Numbered from the stretch's first letter, positions 28,165 through 38,156 are shown. The stretch is 64,000 bases of DNA from an uncultured Gammaproteobacteria bacterium (GCA_964452565.1 CAYVLY010000001.1:224351-288350), one strand, 5' to 3'. The notes: generated by a model not told the origin, from the sequence alone. Translations and numbers: made by a program.

Positions 28165-28458
28165 TCAATCTCCACACGTGAGACGCGGCCTGACGAATTC
28201 TCTGAGCATTTCGTCGACTTCCAACCTATGAAGGAGTACCTTAGCCTGAGCTGTCAATTCCGTAACTCTCGCGATTTCGATCATACCCTGGCTATCCAGA
28301 GGTTCGCCAGGACGATCAGCCCGGTCAAGATAGGAGCCCTTACCATGGCACAGCGGGCACTCCGAGTCTGGCGCCTGCGGAATATACAAATCGGTCAAAG
28401 CTATCGTGCAAAAGCATGTCACACGCACCAGCCGATAGCGACCGTGTTCGTCAAGCAT
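28165..28458 (-). CDS. hypothetical zinc-ribbon protein (CxC...CxxC), GC-rich; possible anti-sigma partner
   Basis: AAGGAG RBS. Cysteine pattern VTCFC ... CPLCHG. Lies downstream of an ECF sigma gene but separated from it by a terminator hairpin. Confidence 0.35.
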   Translation of the reverse strand: MLDEHGRYRLVRVTCFCTIALTDLYIPQAPDSECPLCHGKGSYLDRADRPGEPLDSQGMIEIARVTELTAQAKVLLHRLEVDEMLREFVRPRLTCGD

Positions 28459-28585
28459 CCTTTTTCTCCTTGAAATGGTTCATTTTCAAGATAGCACACG
28501 GATCTTATAAAGCAAAACGCCCGGTACCATTCGGTAACCGGGCAGACCCGCACTGGTCGGTGTGGGCGTACGATACAGCGAACTC

Positions 28586-29155
28586 CTACCTGACTTCGTC
28601 CTCACGCTCGATTACAACCTTGGCTCTCTTACGAGCTCGGAATATGCGGTTCATCACCGTACCCAGGGGAAGTCCAAGCATTTCTGCAATCTCACGACAT
28701 TTGAGTTCATCATAAGAATACATACATAGAACCTGCCAATATATCGGGTTGTGATGGCTCATTTCTCGCTTCACCTGATGTAGGAGCTGCTGACTACGAG
28801 TTGCCCTTTCCTGGTCTGGGCTCTCATCCTCGAGCTGCCCAACAGCTTCAGCGCTAGTGCATTTATCCCAACGCACATTACGTCGATAGATATCAATGGC
28901 AATCCTTTGAGCAATAGTGCGAGCCCAGGGGCCGAACGGGCGTCTGGGATCATAGCTGCCAATACCCATCAGTATCTTGAGACATGTGACCTGCGCTACA
29001 TCTTGTGCGGATGGTGGATCACCAAGAATCTTCATGGCAATCTTGAACGCAAACGGCCAGGTGATGGTCAATACACGCTCCATGGCCTCTTTATCACCAG
29101 CCTTCGCCCTTGCGGCCAACTCCCTACTGACGAGCATTCCATTCCCCACGCGCAC
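28586..29155 (-). CDS. ECF-type RNA polymerase sigma factor (GC-rich island)
   Basis: Region 2 (DVAQVTCLKIL ... FGPWARTIAQRIAIDIYRR) and region 4 (YDELKCREIAEMLGLPLGTVMNRIFRARKR). Confidence 0.8.
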   Translation of the reverse strand: MRVGNGMLVSRELAARAKAGDKEAMERVLTITWPFAFKIAMKILGDPPSAQDVAQVTCLKILMGIGSYDPRRPFGPWARTIAQRIAIDIYRRNVRWDKCTSAEAVGQLEDESPDQERATRSQQLLHQVKREMSHHNPIYWQVLCMYSYDELKCREIAEMLGLPLGTVMNRIFRARKRAKVVIEREDEVR

Positions 29156-29313
29156 ACCGCCTCTCTCAGACTTGGTTAATGTTTTCTTTGAAGGGGTTGA
29201 AAAGACCGTATATTAAAAAACCGCCTATGTCAACAATAGAATTTGAAGCCAAAAAGCAAAGAACCGCGCCTCAAGGGACGCGGAACGTAAAATGACGCGA
29301 GAGGATCAGGACG

Positions 29314-29961
29314 CTACCTCAGATCCCTCAGGATCTGCTGCAGCCGCTTGCGGGCGTAGAAGAGCCGACTCATGACATCGCCCTCAGGGATATCCATGGC
29401 CTGGGCGATCTCCTTGTACGAGAACCCTTCGATCTCGCGCAGCAGGACCACTTGACGCTGCTGAGGACTGAGCTGCTGCAGGGCCTGTGCAATTCTGCGC
29501 ATGAGCTCAGCTCGTTGCTGATCTCGCCCCGGACTGCGGTGCAGATGATCAGGGTCCAGGAGTGAATCATCAACTCCGTCACTACCGATACGCTCATCGA
29601 ATTCGCTGGTCTTGACCCGGCTGTGCTTGCGGATGTAGTCGATAGTGACGTTCGAGGCGATCCGGTAAAGCCAGGTGTTGAATGAAGCCTCGAGCCTGAA
29701 TCCGCTGATGTTGCAATAGGCCTTTGCGAAGGTCTCCTGGACCAGATCACGAGCATCCTCGCGGTTGCGAATCATGCCATAGATGTGAGCGTAGATCCGA
29801 CCCTGGAAGCGATCAACCAGAACACGAAATAGCTCTAGCTCACCGCCTTGAATCCGCTCGACCAGCTGTCTGTCACCCAGTTCATCATATTGCTGCATCA
29901 GCTGCCTGCGCAGGCCTGCACACTCTCCTAGCACCTCGTCAGTGGATTCTTCGTCTTTCAT
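29314..29961 (-). CDS. ECF-type RNA polymerase sigma factor, GC-rich paralog of the sigma at 7343-8218
   Basis: Aligns along its length with the 7343 sigma (GRIYAHIxGMI ... SFxTWxYRIA ... SEFDERI ... LSPQQRQVxxLREIxG ... YKEIAxxMDIPEGxVMSRLxYARxRL). Start at ATG 29961 has a GAGGAGAG RBS. Confidence 0.8.
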   Translation of the reverse strand: MKDEESTDEVLGECAGLRRQLMQQYDELGDRQLVERIQGGELELFRVLVDRFQGRIYAHIYGMIRNREDARDLVQETFAKAYCNISGFRLEASFNTWLYRIASNVTIDYIRKHSRVKTSEFDERIGSDGVDDSLLDPDHLHRSPGRDQQRAELMRRIAQALQQLSPQQRQVVLLREIEGFSYKEIAQAMDIPEGDVMSRLFYARKRLQQILRDLR

Positions 29962-30050
29962 GTGCTCTCCTCTCGAGCCTCGGGTTGTACAATGGGACAC
30001 CCCAGATTAGCACAGAAAGGTGGGATTGTCAATGATACGATCAGATCCGA

Positions 30051-30088
30051 GACAACCCCCTCTATCTCCCCCTTCGAAAGGGGGAGCC
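30051..30088. repeat. GC-rich palindromic element unit (reverse orientation) upstream of the sigma gene
   Basis: GACAACCCCCTCTATCTCCCCCTTCGAAAGGGGGAGCC. Confidence 0.7.
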
Positions 30089-30147
30089 TTGTTTAAACGA
30101 AAAAACCGGCCGTATAACGACTGGTTTTTGCTTGTGTTTTGATCAAA

Positions 30148-30543
30148 TTATCGCTTTCTCCACTGCGTTGCTCGTCGAGCTCCACGAAGTCCGAATTTCT
30201 TTCGCTCTTTCTTTCGCGCATCACGAGTTAACATTCCATGCGCTTTAATTACAGGCTTGAAAGTCTCATCATACTTTACCAAAGCGCGGGCAATTCCGAG
30301 CTTTACAGCATCTGCCTGACCACTCTTCCCGCCTCCCACAACACGAACTGTCACATCCATGCTATCAAGCTTTCCAACTTCTTTAAGCGGTGAAGTAGCA
30401 ATTACTCGCTCCTGCTCAGTATTGAAGTGCTCTTTTATGTCCTTTTCGTTTATCGTAATCTTTCCAGATCCAGCTGGATACAAACGAACCTGTGCGATTG
30501 CTGTTTTTCGACGCCCAATTGTCTGATAGTACTTGTCACTCAT
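30148..30543 (-). CDS. rpsI: 30S ribosomal protein S9
   Basis: C-terminal RDARKKERKKFGLRGARRATQWRKR. Confidence 0.95.
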   Translation of the reverse strand: MSDKYYQTIGRRKTAIAQVRLYPAGSGKITINEKDIKEHFNTEQERVIATSPLKEVGKLDSMDVTVRVVGGGKSGQADAVKLGIARALVKYDETFKPVIKAHGMLTRDARKKERKKFGLRGARRATQWRKR

Positions 30544-30544
30544 A

Positions 30545-30901
30545 TTATGAAATCTTTAGCCGCTTCATTCGCTCAGTGCGGTGCTTAGTCTTTGGAAGCA
30601 TTCGTGAAACTGCAGCTTCAAGAACCTTTGCAGGATTCTCATTAAACATAACTTCCATTGTCTTTTCCTTAATTCCTCCAGGATATCCACTGTGATGGTA
30701 GTACTTTTTCTGCTCCATCTTCTTTCCAGTTACCTTAATCTTTTCGATATTTGTAACTTCAACAGCATCGCCAGAATCAATGTGTGGCTGATAGTCAGGC
30801 TTATGCTTTCCAATTAAATGATTAGCAATATCTACTGCCAATCGTCCAAGAATCTGATCAGCTGCATCTACCTTATAGATTTCACGCTTTATTTCTTCCA
30901 T
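30545..30901 (-). CDS. rplM: 50S ribosomal protein L13
   Basis: Conserved rplM-rpsI pair, typical L13 N-terminus. Confidence 0.9.
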   Translation of the reverse strand: MEEIKREIYKVDAADQILGRLAVDIANHLIGKHKPDYQPHIDSGDAVEVTNIEKIKVTGKKMEQKKYYHHSGYPGGIKEKTMEVMFNENPAKVLEAAVSRMLPKTKHRTERMKRLKIS

Positions 30902-30903
30902 AC

Positions 30904-31254
30904 TTACACTAATTCAATTTGCGCCATAGGAGCTCCATCACCTTGACGAGTTCCTAGCTTAGTAATTCGAGTATATCCACCTTTTCGATCCTTGAAGCGT
31001 GGTCCCAACACATCCATCAACTTATTAACTGGCTGCTCTGTTGGGAAATAGCCTAAAAGATATCGACGAGATGCCAGGTCTCCCTTTTTTGCTCGTGTAA
31101 TCAACCGCTCAACAACTGATCGCACCTGCTTTGCCTTTGTCTCTGTTGTTTTTACCTTTTCATAAACAACAACGCTAGTTGCCAAATCTCGTAGCAATGC
31201 TTTGCGGGCTGTTGCTGATCGCCCAAGTGTTTTAGTGGTCTTTCGATGACGCAT
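30904..31254 (-). CDS. rplQ: 50S ribosomal protein L17
   Basis: MRHRKTTKTLGRSATARKALLRDL ... typical L17. Confidence 0.95.
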   Translation of the reverse strand: MRHRKTTKTLGRSATARKALLRDLATSVVVYEKVKTTETKAKQVRSVVERLITRAKKGDLASRRYLLGYFPTEQPVNKLMDVLGPRFKDRKGGYTRITKLGTRQGDGAPMAQIELV

Positions 31255-31260
31255 AATTCT

Positions 31261-32064
31261 TTATTCCTCTGCACTCTCCTCCTTTACTTCTTCTACCTCT
31301 TCTGAGACCTCCTCTTGCACCTCTTCTGTATCAATAGGTGAATCTACGAGAGATGAGTGCTTAAATTGATTTTCTAGCCAATTAAAATGATTTAGGATTA
31401 CCTTTGTTGCCTGTTCTACAGCCTCCTGAGAAGTAATCGTTCCGTCTGTAGTGATATTCATGATGATCTTGTCATAGTTAGTGATTTCACCAACACGAGT
31501 GTTCTCAACCTTCATCCCAACATTCAATACTGGGCTAAAAATCGAATCTACTGCGATCAATCCTATTTCATTACCTGTATTATCTCGCTCCTCTGTTGGA
31601 ACAAATCCACGTCCTCGCTCTATAACAATGTCCATGTGGAACTTAACGTCCTTAGAGGTTATTGTTGCAATAACCATATCTGGATTTGCAATCTCTACAT
31701 CTGCATTTTTCTCAATATCTGCTCCAGTTATCTCTCCTGCCTTTCCTTCAACAGTAAGTGAGAGTGTTACTGGCTCATCAGAGTGAACCTTTAGGCGAAG
31801 TTGCTTTAGGTTCAAGATAATCTGCAATACATCCTCTTTAACTCCTTCAACTGTTGAAAACTCATGTTGAGCACCCTTAATCTTAACTCCAGTGACTGCT
31901 GCTCCCTCAAGGGAAGACAACATAACTCGGCGCAATGCATTTCCGATAGTTGTACCGTATCCATGGTGCAATGGTTCGATGGTGAGGATTTCCTCATGAT
32001 CCTGACTCCCTGGAGCGAAAGTCATTTTCGATGGTAGAAGAATGTTCTCCATATGATTTGGCAA
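31261..32064 (-). CDS. rpoA: DNA-directed RNA polymerase alpha subunit, N-terminal domain only (no alpha-CTD; acidic tail instead)
   Basis: The alpha-NTD dimerisation/assembly region is recognisable. The protein ends about 30 aa after the NTD with a Glu-rich tail. Confidence 0.85.
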   Translation of the reverse strand: MPNHMENILLPSKMTFAPGSQDHEEILTIEPLHHGYGTTIGNALRRVMLSSLEGAAVTGVKIKGAQHEFSTVEGVKEDVLQIILNLKQLRLKVHSDEPVTLSLTVEGKAGEITGADIEKNADVEIANPDMVIATITSKDVKFHMDIVIERGRGFVPTEERDNTGNEIGLIAVDSIFSPVLNVGMKVENTRVGEITNYDKIIMNITTDGTITSQEAVEQATKVILNHFNWLENQFKHSSLVDSPIDTEEVQEEVSEEVEEVKEESAEE

Positions 32065-32078
32065 AAAGTGGATTAGGT

Positions 32079-32711
32079 TTATCGTGAGTAGAACTCAACG
32101 ATTAGTTTTGGATCGTAAACCTCTTTGAGATCTTCCCCCTCTGGGATTCCTACAACTTTCCCTGTCATTTCAGCTGCATCAACATGCAACCAACCAGGAA
32201 TAGTCTGTCCTGCCAGTCTTTTCTCCAGGTCCTCAAAAAGCTTTTTTTCTTTTTTATTTCCACGAACAGCAACTACATCATCAACACGAACTTTGTATGA
32301 AGGGATGTTTACCTTTTGTCCGTTTACCTCAAAGATTGCATGACTAACCATCTGACGTGCCTGTGGACGAGTCTTGGCAAATCCAAGTCGATAGACAACA
32401 TTATCAAGTCGAGTCTCAAGCATTCTTGCAAGATTCTCAGAAGTGTTACCTTGCATTCGTGATGCTTTTTCAAAGTAATTTCGGAATTGCTTTTCCATTA
32501 TTCCATAAAGGCGCTTTGCCTTTTGCTTTTCACGCAACTGAGTTCCGTAAACTGAAATTCTAGTTCGTCTTCCTCTATTTCCCTGTGGAGAACCATGAAC
32601 ACCAGGCGCATATGGACGCTTTGCAATTACCTTCATTACTTTTGCAGAAGGTGAAAGAGCAACGCCCTCGCGTCGGCTCATCTTTGCTACTTTTTTCAAT
32701 GTCTTTCCCAT
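32079..32711 (-). CDS. rpsD: 30S ribosomal protein S4
   Basis: N-terminal SRREG and S4 domain. Confidence 0.9.
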   Translation of the reverse strand: MGKTLKKVAKMSRREGVALSPSAKVMKVIAKRPYAPGVHGSPQGNRGRRTRISVYGTQLREKQKAKRLYGIMEKQFRNYFEKASRMQGNTSENLARMLETRLDNVVYRLGFAKTRPQARQMVSHAIFEVNGQKVNIPSYKVRVDDVVAVRGNKKEKKLFEDLEKRLAGQTIPGWLHVDAAEMTGKVVGIPEGEDLKEVYDPKLIVEFYSR

Positions 32712-32722
32712 ATATCTTCAAG

Positions 32723-33190
32723 CTATACGCGTCGTGGTCGACGTGAACGACACCCGTTATGTGGAACTGGTGTTGTTTCCTTAATTGATGTGATATTTAG
32801 TCCCTTTGTATTCAATGATCGGAGTGCTGAATCGCGTCCATTTCCAATCCCTGTAACAAATACTTGTAATTCCTTCATTCCGAGTCTTTCAATCTGCTCT
32901 AAAACCTTTTCCACAACCTTACCAGCTGCGTATGGGGTAGCCTTTTTCGGTCCTCGGAATCCACAGTTTCCAGCACTTGCCCAAGCAAGAACGTTTCCGT
33001 TCTGATCTGTGATCGAAACAATTGTGTTATTCAAAGTTGCTTGAATGTAAGCTCGGCCACGTGGAACAGTGATATGTGAACGTCGCTTACCTTTAGCTGT
33101 TCGATAATACTTTTGCTGCTTCTTTGGCTGAGACTTTTCCACTACTGGCTTTTCCTCAACTGCAGGCTTTGTTGTTTTTTCTTCACTCAT
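32723..33190 (-). CDS. rpsK: 30S ribosomal protein S11 (with N-terminal Lys-rich extension)
   Basis: GRAYIQATLNNTIVSITDQNGNVLAWASAG ... S11 core. Confidence 0.9.
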   Translation of the reverse strand: MSEEKTTKPAVEEKPVVEKSQPKKQQKYYRTAKGKRRSHITVPRGRAYIQATLNNTIVSITDQNGNVLAWASAGNCGFRGPKKATPYAAGKVVEKVLEQIERLGMKELQVFVTGIGNGRDSALRSLNTKGLNITSIKETTPVPHNGCRSRRPRRV

Positions 33191-33200
33191 AACTCAAAAC

Positions 33201-33587
33201 TTAGGTCTTTGTGAGAACTCGGCGTCCGCTTCCAGCTGTTGACCGCTTGTTTCCACGAACTGTTCGTGAGTTAGTCTTTGTTCTCTGTCCCCGTACAGGT
33301 AGATTCTTAATGTGACGCAAGCCACGGTAACAACCAATGTCCTTAAGACGCTTAATATTCTGTAAAACCTCACGTCGCAGCTCACCTTCAACAGTGAATC
33401 CTTGATCTACAATTGCGCGGATCTTATTAACTTGATCATCTGTAAGATCCTTAACACGGATACTTTCATCAACCTGTGCCTGTTTTAGAATCTTTTTAGC
33501 GCCGGTTTTTCCAATACCATAAATATAGGTAAGTGAAATCACTACGCGTTTGTCAGATGGAATATTTACTCCTGAGATTCGTGCCAT
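33201..33587 (-). CDS. rpsM: 30S ribosomal protein S13
   Basis: [10 protein letters not shown] ... typical S13. Confidence 0.95.
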   Translation of the reverse strand: MARISGVNIPSDKRVVISLTYIYGIGKTGAKKILKQAQVDESIRVKDLTDDQVNKIRAIVDQGFTVEGELRREVLQNIKRLKDIGCYRGLRHIKNLPVRGQRTKTNSRTVRGNKRSTAGSGRRVLTKT

Positions 33588-33596
33588 AATTCTTTA

Positions 33597-33710
33597 TTAG
33601 CCTTGTCGCTGTTTATGCTTAGGATTTTTACAAATAACGCGAACACGACCCTTGCGACGAATCACACGGCAATCGCGACACATTTTCTTTGCTGATGCTC
33701 GAACTTTCAT
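33597..33710 (-). CDS. rpmJ: 50S ribosomal protein L36 (38 aa; below ORF-track cutoff)
   Basis: Minus-strand translation [37 protein letters not shown] with the L36 zinc-ribbon CxxC...C...H. Confidence 0.85.
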   Translation of the reverse strand: MKVRASAKKMCRDCRVIRRKGRVRVICKNPKHKQRQG

Positions 33711-33873
33711 ATTTCTTAAGGTTTAAAAGGTGATTAGATGTGATTAGAGGTGGCTAAAAGACATTGACCTTTCATCACTTTTAATCACTTCTCCATCCTT
33801 TCATCACTTTTCTAGATACACAAGATCACTCTGAAAAACCGAGTGATGTTGTTAAAGAAACGAGATGCCGTAC

Positions 33874-34089
33874 CTAGAACCGGTACGTGATTCGTCCTTT
33901 TGTCAGATCATAGGGGCTGATCTCGACTTTGACATCATCGCCAGGCATGATCCGGATACGAAACTTTCGTAACTTACCGGACAAGTGACCGATGATTTCT
34001 TGTTCATTTTCGAGCTTAATGCGGAAGTGTCCTGCAGGGAGAGACTCCTCTACAGATCCGCGCATCTCTATAAATTGCTTTTCTGCCAT
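33874..34089 (-). CDS. infA: translation initiation factor IF-1
   Basis: [67 protein letters not shown] is a full-length IF-1 S1-like fold. Confidence 0.9.
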   Translation of the reverse strand: MAEKQFIEMRGSVEESLPAGHFRIKLENEQEIIGHLSGKLRKFRIRIMPGDDVKVEISPYDLTKGRITYRF

Positions 34090-34197
34090 AGGCGTGCGAA
34101 TAATACCAACTTTAGGCGTAAATGGCAAGAAAAGGAACGGCGCAAGTGTAAACCTTACGCTGTTTTTTGTCAACTTTCATGCTGTGGATTGAGTTTA

Positions 34198-36021
34198 TCA
34201 TCTCAAAACTGCCTTGATTCGACGAACTCCAGCGCTTGAAGCTTCTTCCTTTTTGATCTTAAATTTACCTAACTCTTGCGTATTTTCTACGTGCGGACCT
34301 CCGCAGATCTCAGAGGAGAACACTCCAAGCTTTTTATTTCCAATGCTAAAGACTTTTACCTGGTCAAGATCCTTGTATTTGTCACCAAAAATTCCGATAG
34401 CCCCAAGCTTCTTAGCCTCATCGACACTCATTGACTCACAGGTTACAGGCAAACCCTTTTCAATTTGTTCGTTAACGATCCGCTCAACCTCCTGCTTTTG
34501 CTCAGCTGTTACCTTCTTGGGATGTGAAAAATCAAATCTCAAACGCTCCGCAGTGATATTACTTCCCCGCTGCTCAACATGATTACCCAGCACGTTTCGA
34601 AGAGCCTGATGTATCAAATGCGTTGCAGTGTGAAGCTTTTTTGTTTCCTCTGAGTCTTCTGCCAACCCACCTTTGAACTTCTGCTCTGACCCAGCTCGCG
34701 ACAAGTCCCTGTGCTTTTCAAACTCGGCTTCAAATGCTTTGCGATCAACATGCTGCCCCTGCTCATGTACCATCTCTTCAGTCAACTCCAAAGGAAAGCC
34801 GTAACTCGCGTACAATAAAAACGCATCCTCGCCATCAATTACTCCCTTCTTCTTCAAAATCTTATTAAACGTCCGCTCGCCTTTTTCCAGGGTCTTACGG
34901 AACTTTTCTTCTTCAGATCGAAGTTCATTGATGATCGAGTCACGCTTTTGATCCAATTCTGAATAAACTTCTTCAAGCTCATCGATCACTACCATCGCAA
35001 TCTCATCTGTAAATACATCTCCAATCCCAATCTTCTTACCGCAACGAACAGCGCGTCGAATTAAACGTCGAAGAACATAACCCTGATCCTTGTTTGATGG
35101 AAGAATGCCATCTGACATTATCATCACAGTAGAACGAATATGATCTGCGATTATCCTCATTGAACGTACATCTTCATCCCAACAGTCTGGCTTTTCATCA
35201 AAACCAGCGTCACCTGGGCTAAAATGATATTTTTTATTTGATAGCTCTTCGATCTTTGAAATAATCCCATCAAACAACTCAGTCTCGTAAACACTCTTCT
35301 TGCCCTGCAGAACTGCAGCTGTACGCTCAAGGCCCATTCCTGTATCTACATTCTTGTTTTCAAGCTCTAAAACATTCCCGTCTTTATCACGATAAAACTC
35401 CATGAATACGTTATTCCAAATTTCAACCCATTGATCATCTTCAGCATCAAACTTCTCAGGCGCATCGCCTTCACCTGTCCAATAGAAGATCTCAGTATCT
35501 GGCCCTTGTGGTCCAACATTCTTTCCACCTGCTGGCCACCAGTTATCTTCTTTTCCAAGTTTTTCGATTCGAGCCTCAGGAACTCCAAGCTCAATCCACT
35601 TATCGAATGAGGCTTGATCAAACTCGGAATCCTTATCACCTTCAAAAACAGAAACAGCCAGCTTGCCCTTATCAATCCCAAGCCACTTATCAGAAGTCAA
35701 AAACTCCCAGCTCATCTCAATTGACTCATCCTTGAAATAGTCACCAAGTGACCAGTTTCCTAGCATTTCGAAAAAAGTGAGATGTGTATCATCTCCAACT
35801 TCATCAATATCACCTGTTCGTACACACTTTTGATAATTAACCAATCGATTTCCCTGCGGATGTTCCTCACCCATCAAATAAGGCACAAGTGGCTGCATTC
35901 CGGCAGTATTGAACAAAACAGATGGATCGTTCTCAGGTATTAAAGATGCTGAAGGAATCTCGGCATGATCCTTTGATTTGAAAAATTCAATATATTTCTT
36001 TCGAAGTTCGTTTGCTTTCAT
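34198..36021 (-). CDS. alaS: alanyl-tRNA synthetase, short form (607 aa, lacks long C-terminal domain)
   Basis: N-terminal class II AlaRS catalytic motifs (FNTAGMQPLVPY, FEMLGNWSLGDYFK) and editing-domain HxxxH region. Confidence 0.85.
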   Translation of the reverse strand: MKANELRKKYIEFFKSKDHAEIPSASLIPENDPSVLFNTAGMQPLVPYLMGEEHPQGNRLVNYQKCVRTGDIDEVGDDTHLTFFEMLGNWSLGDYFKDESIEMSWEFLTSDKWLGIDKGKLAVSVFEGDKDSEFDQASFDKWIELGVPEARIEKLGKEDNWWPAGGKNVGPQGPDTEIFYWTGEGDAPEKFDAEDDQWVEIWNNVFMEFYRDKDGNVLELENKNVDTGMGLERTAAVLQGKKSVYETELFDGIISKIEELSNKKYHFSPGDAGFDEKPDCWDEDVRSMRIIADHIRSTVMIMSDGILPSNKDQGYVLRRLIRRAVRCGKKIGIGDVFTDEIAMVVIDELEEVYSELDQKRDSIINELRSEEEKFRKTLEKGERTFNKILKKKGVIDGEDAFLLYASYGFPLELTEEMVHEQGQHVDRKAFEAEFEKHRDLSRAGSEQKFKGGLAEDSEETKKLHTATHLIHQALRNVLGNHVEQRGSNITAERLRFDFSHPKKVTAEQKQEVERIVNEQIEKGLPVTCESMSVDEAKKLGAIGIFGDKYKDLDQVKVFSIGNKKLGVFSSEICGGPHVENTQELGKFKIKKEEASSAGVRRIKAVLR

Positions 36022-36394
36022 ACCGCTCTAGGATAGCGCAATGGCTGAGGTTTTTCAATTGCAAACGACGGCTCGAGGGCCGTCGCAAGTTAGGCAGTGC
36101 CTGGCCGGGGGATCCACCGGCATTCGTGGATGCCTTTTGGGCATATTCATTACGCTTGACATCAGATCAAGAGATTGCACTTATCAACAGAGGTACAATT
36201 TTTTCATCTGACAGCTCGCACCACTAGTAGTGCGGTATTCCGCACAAAAGTTCCCAATCAGGGCATGGGGTCTCAATACCCCCGGATCGTTAGATCCTAT
36301 GTAGGTAGCTACATCAACATGATGAACACGTTTGGTTGTAGAAAGCGCCGCAAAACGACGCATGCAATATAAATCTAGCAAATTATCAAAAAAA

Positions 36395-36515
36395 ATCAAC
36401 CCCCTCTTATAGCACTGCAGCAACGTTGAACTAGTGAGTAGGCGTTTGGCGAGAGAGATGCCAGACATCTACTCGCCAACGTGCTGTAGCGCTATAACAA
36501 GGGGTTATCAGACAA
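36395..36515. other. about 120-nt long imperfect hairpin with nested inner hairpin in the alaS-murJ intergenic region (candidate structured RNA)
   Basis: AACCCCCTCTTATAGCACTGCAGCAACGTTG ... CAACGTGCTGTAGCGCTATAACAAGGGGTT, with inner TTGGCGAG ... CTCGCCAA. Confidence 0.35.
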
Positions 36516-36548
36516 TCAAATTACCAGGTATTTGCGTAAAAGTCAAGT

Positions 36549-38156
36549 CTAAATTTGGGTCACAATAGACTCCTGAGGCTTGTGTTTCTTAAAGAAACGC
36601 TTTTTCAGTCCTGCAACAAAATCAACCATTTCCTTACTCTTTAATGCATATGCGCTTAATACATAAGCAATCATACCAACTCCACCTGCTATCATAAGTT
36701 GTGCAAACACGCCCCAGAACGTATCAAGCGTTATCCAATCTACAACTAAGTACTTCATTCCCTGGGCGCAAAATGCACAAATCACTCCTGCCAAGCTCAT
36801 CTTCCAAAGAGATTTCAAAATAATCAGCTCCTGCAGGCTTCCCATTTTCACGCGTAGTGACACCCACAAAAGTATGAACTGAACTGTTACTGCTATTGAG
36901 TACGCTATTCCAAGTCCCAGAACTTCAAGTTCATCTGTAAGGACAACTGCTGAGAGCCCAAACACGATCGCAGCGATCAATCCATAAATGAATGGTGCCT
37001 TTGTATTCCCCTGTGCAAAGTACATGCGCACCAGCAAGTAAATCAAAGACTGGACAATGAGCGTGATGACAAAGAACCCGAGAGTATTAGCTGTCAAAAT
37101 AGTAGCCTCCCAATCAAACTCTCCTGCTCCAACCACAAGTCGAACTACCTGTGCTCGTAACAAAATGAACAGTATCGTTGCTGGCACTAAAAACAAAAGC
37201 ATCTGACGCGCTGTTTTTGAAAACGTATTAACAAGATCTTTTTTCTTTCCTTGATTGTAAAGCTCACACAAAGTCGGAAAAGCAGCTACAGCGTACGATA
37301 CCCCGATCACACCAACTGCAAAGAAGTTTAGGTTATAAGCAAACTGCAAAATCGTTACTGATCCAACTGCCAATGTCGATGCAATTATCGTCATCAATAA
37401 GAAGTTGACTTGATTTACTGCAAGACCAAGCACGCGCGGCACCATGTGCTTCAATGTGTACTTAACGTCTGAGTCTTTGAACCTCAAAAGCAACCGATAC
37501 TTGAAGCCAAGAGCATTAACCCCAACATACTGAAGAACTAAGTGGAGAAATGCACCGAGAACAACACCCCATGCCAGTCCTGCATCACCTAAAACAGGTG
37601 CAAAGAAAAACACTCCTGCAATTATTCCAAGGTTATAGAAAATCGGCGCCAAAGAATACAAAAAGAAATTCTTGGCACCTTGCAATACAGATCCAAAGAC
37701 CATCGATATACAAAGTAGGAACTGCGCGCCAAACATCACCCGCGCCATTTGGGCTAAAGACTCTTGCTTGCTAGCGTCGAATCCCGGAGCAATCACGCTT
37801 GAGAGCGGTTCGATAAAAACGATACCTAATAGAATCAAACCTCCGAATCCTAGAACTAACAAGTTCAAAACCTTATTGGTCAACTCCCATTCTTTTTCAT
37901 TCTTTGTTTTCCGAAAATACTTTGTGAAAAGTGGGATAAAGCTTGCACTCAAGGCTCCAACAACCATTAACTGAAATAGGAGGTCAGGAATTCTGAAGGC
38001 TGCAAAGTAAACATCAAGTGTGTCTCCTGCACCAAAAGCACCAGCTAAAATTCTATCGCGAATAAAGCCAACCAAACGAGAAAGAACAGAAAACGAGGCG
38101 ACGATGGCCGCCGCACTCGTTATTGTCTCTGATCTACCTTTAAACCACTGAATCAT
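36549..38156 (-). CDS. murJ: lipid II flippase MurJ
   Basis: 535 aa, 14 TM, conserved N-terminal RDxxxAxxFG motif. Confidence 0.8.
   Translation of the reverse strand: MIQWFKGRSETITSAAAIVASFSVLSRLVGFIRDRILAGAFGAGDTLDVYFAAFRIPDLLFQLMVVGALSASFIPLFTKYFRKTKNEKEWELTNKVLNLLVLGFGGLILLGIVFIEPLSSVIAPGFDASKQESLAQMARVMFGAQFLLCISMVFGSVLQGAKNFFLYSLAPIFYNLGIIAGVFFFAPVLGDAGLAWGVVLGAFLHLVLQYVGVNALGFKYRLLLRFKDSDVKYTLKHMVPRVLGLAVNQVNFLLMTIIASTLAVGSVTILQFAYNLNFFAVGVIGVSYAVAAFPTLCELYNQGKKKDLVNTFSKTARQMLLFLVPATILFILLRAQVVRLVVGAGEFDWEATILTANTLGFFVITLIVQSLIYLLVRMYFAQGNTKAPFIYGLIAAIVFGLSAVVLTDELEVLGLGIAYSIAVTVQFILLWVSLRVKMGSLQELIILKSLWKMSLAGVICAFCAQGMKYLVVDWITLDTFWGVFAQLMIAGGVGMIAYVLSAYALKSKEMVDFVAGLKKRFFKKHKPQESIVTQI

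Noticed and set aside
28165-28458. Confident ZAS-type anti-sigma factor call
   Set aside because: The HxxxCxxC motif is not present (the pattern is CxC...CxxCH). The gene is separated from the sigma gene by a terminator. Kept as a zinc-ribbon hypothetical.
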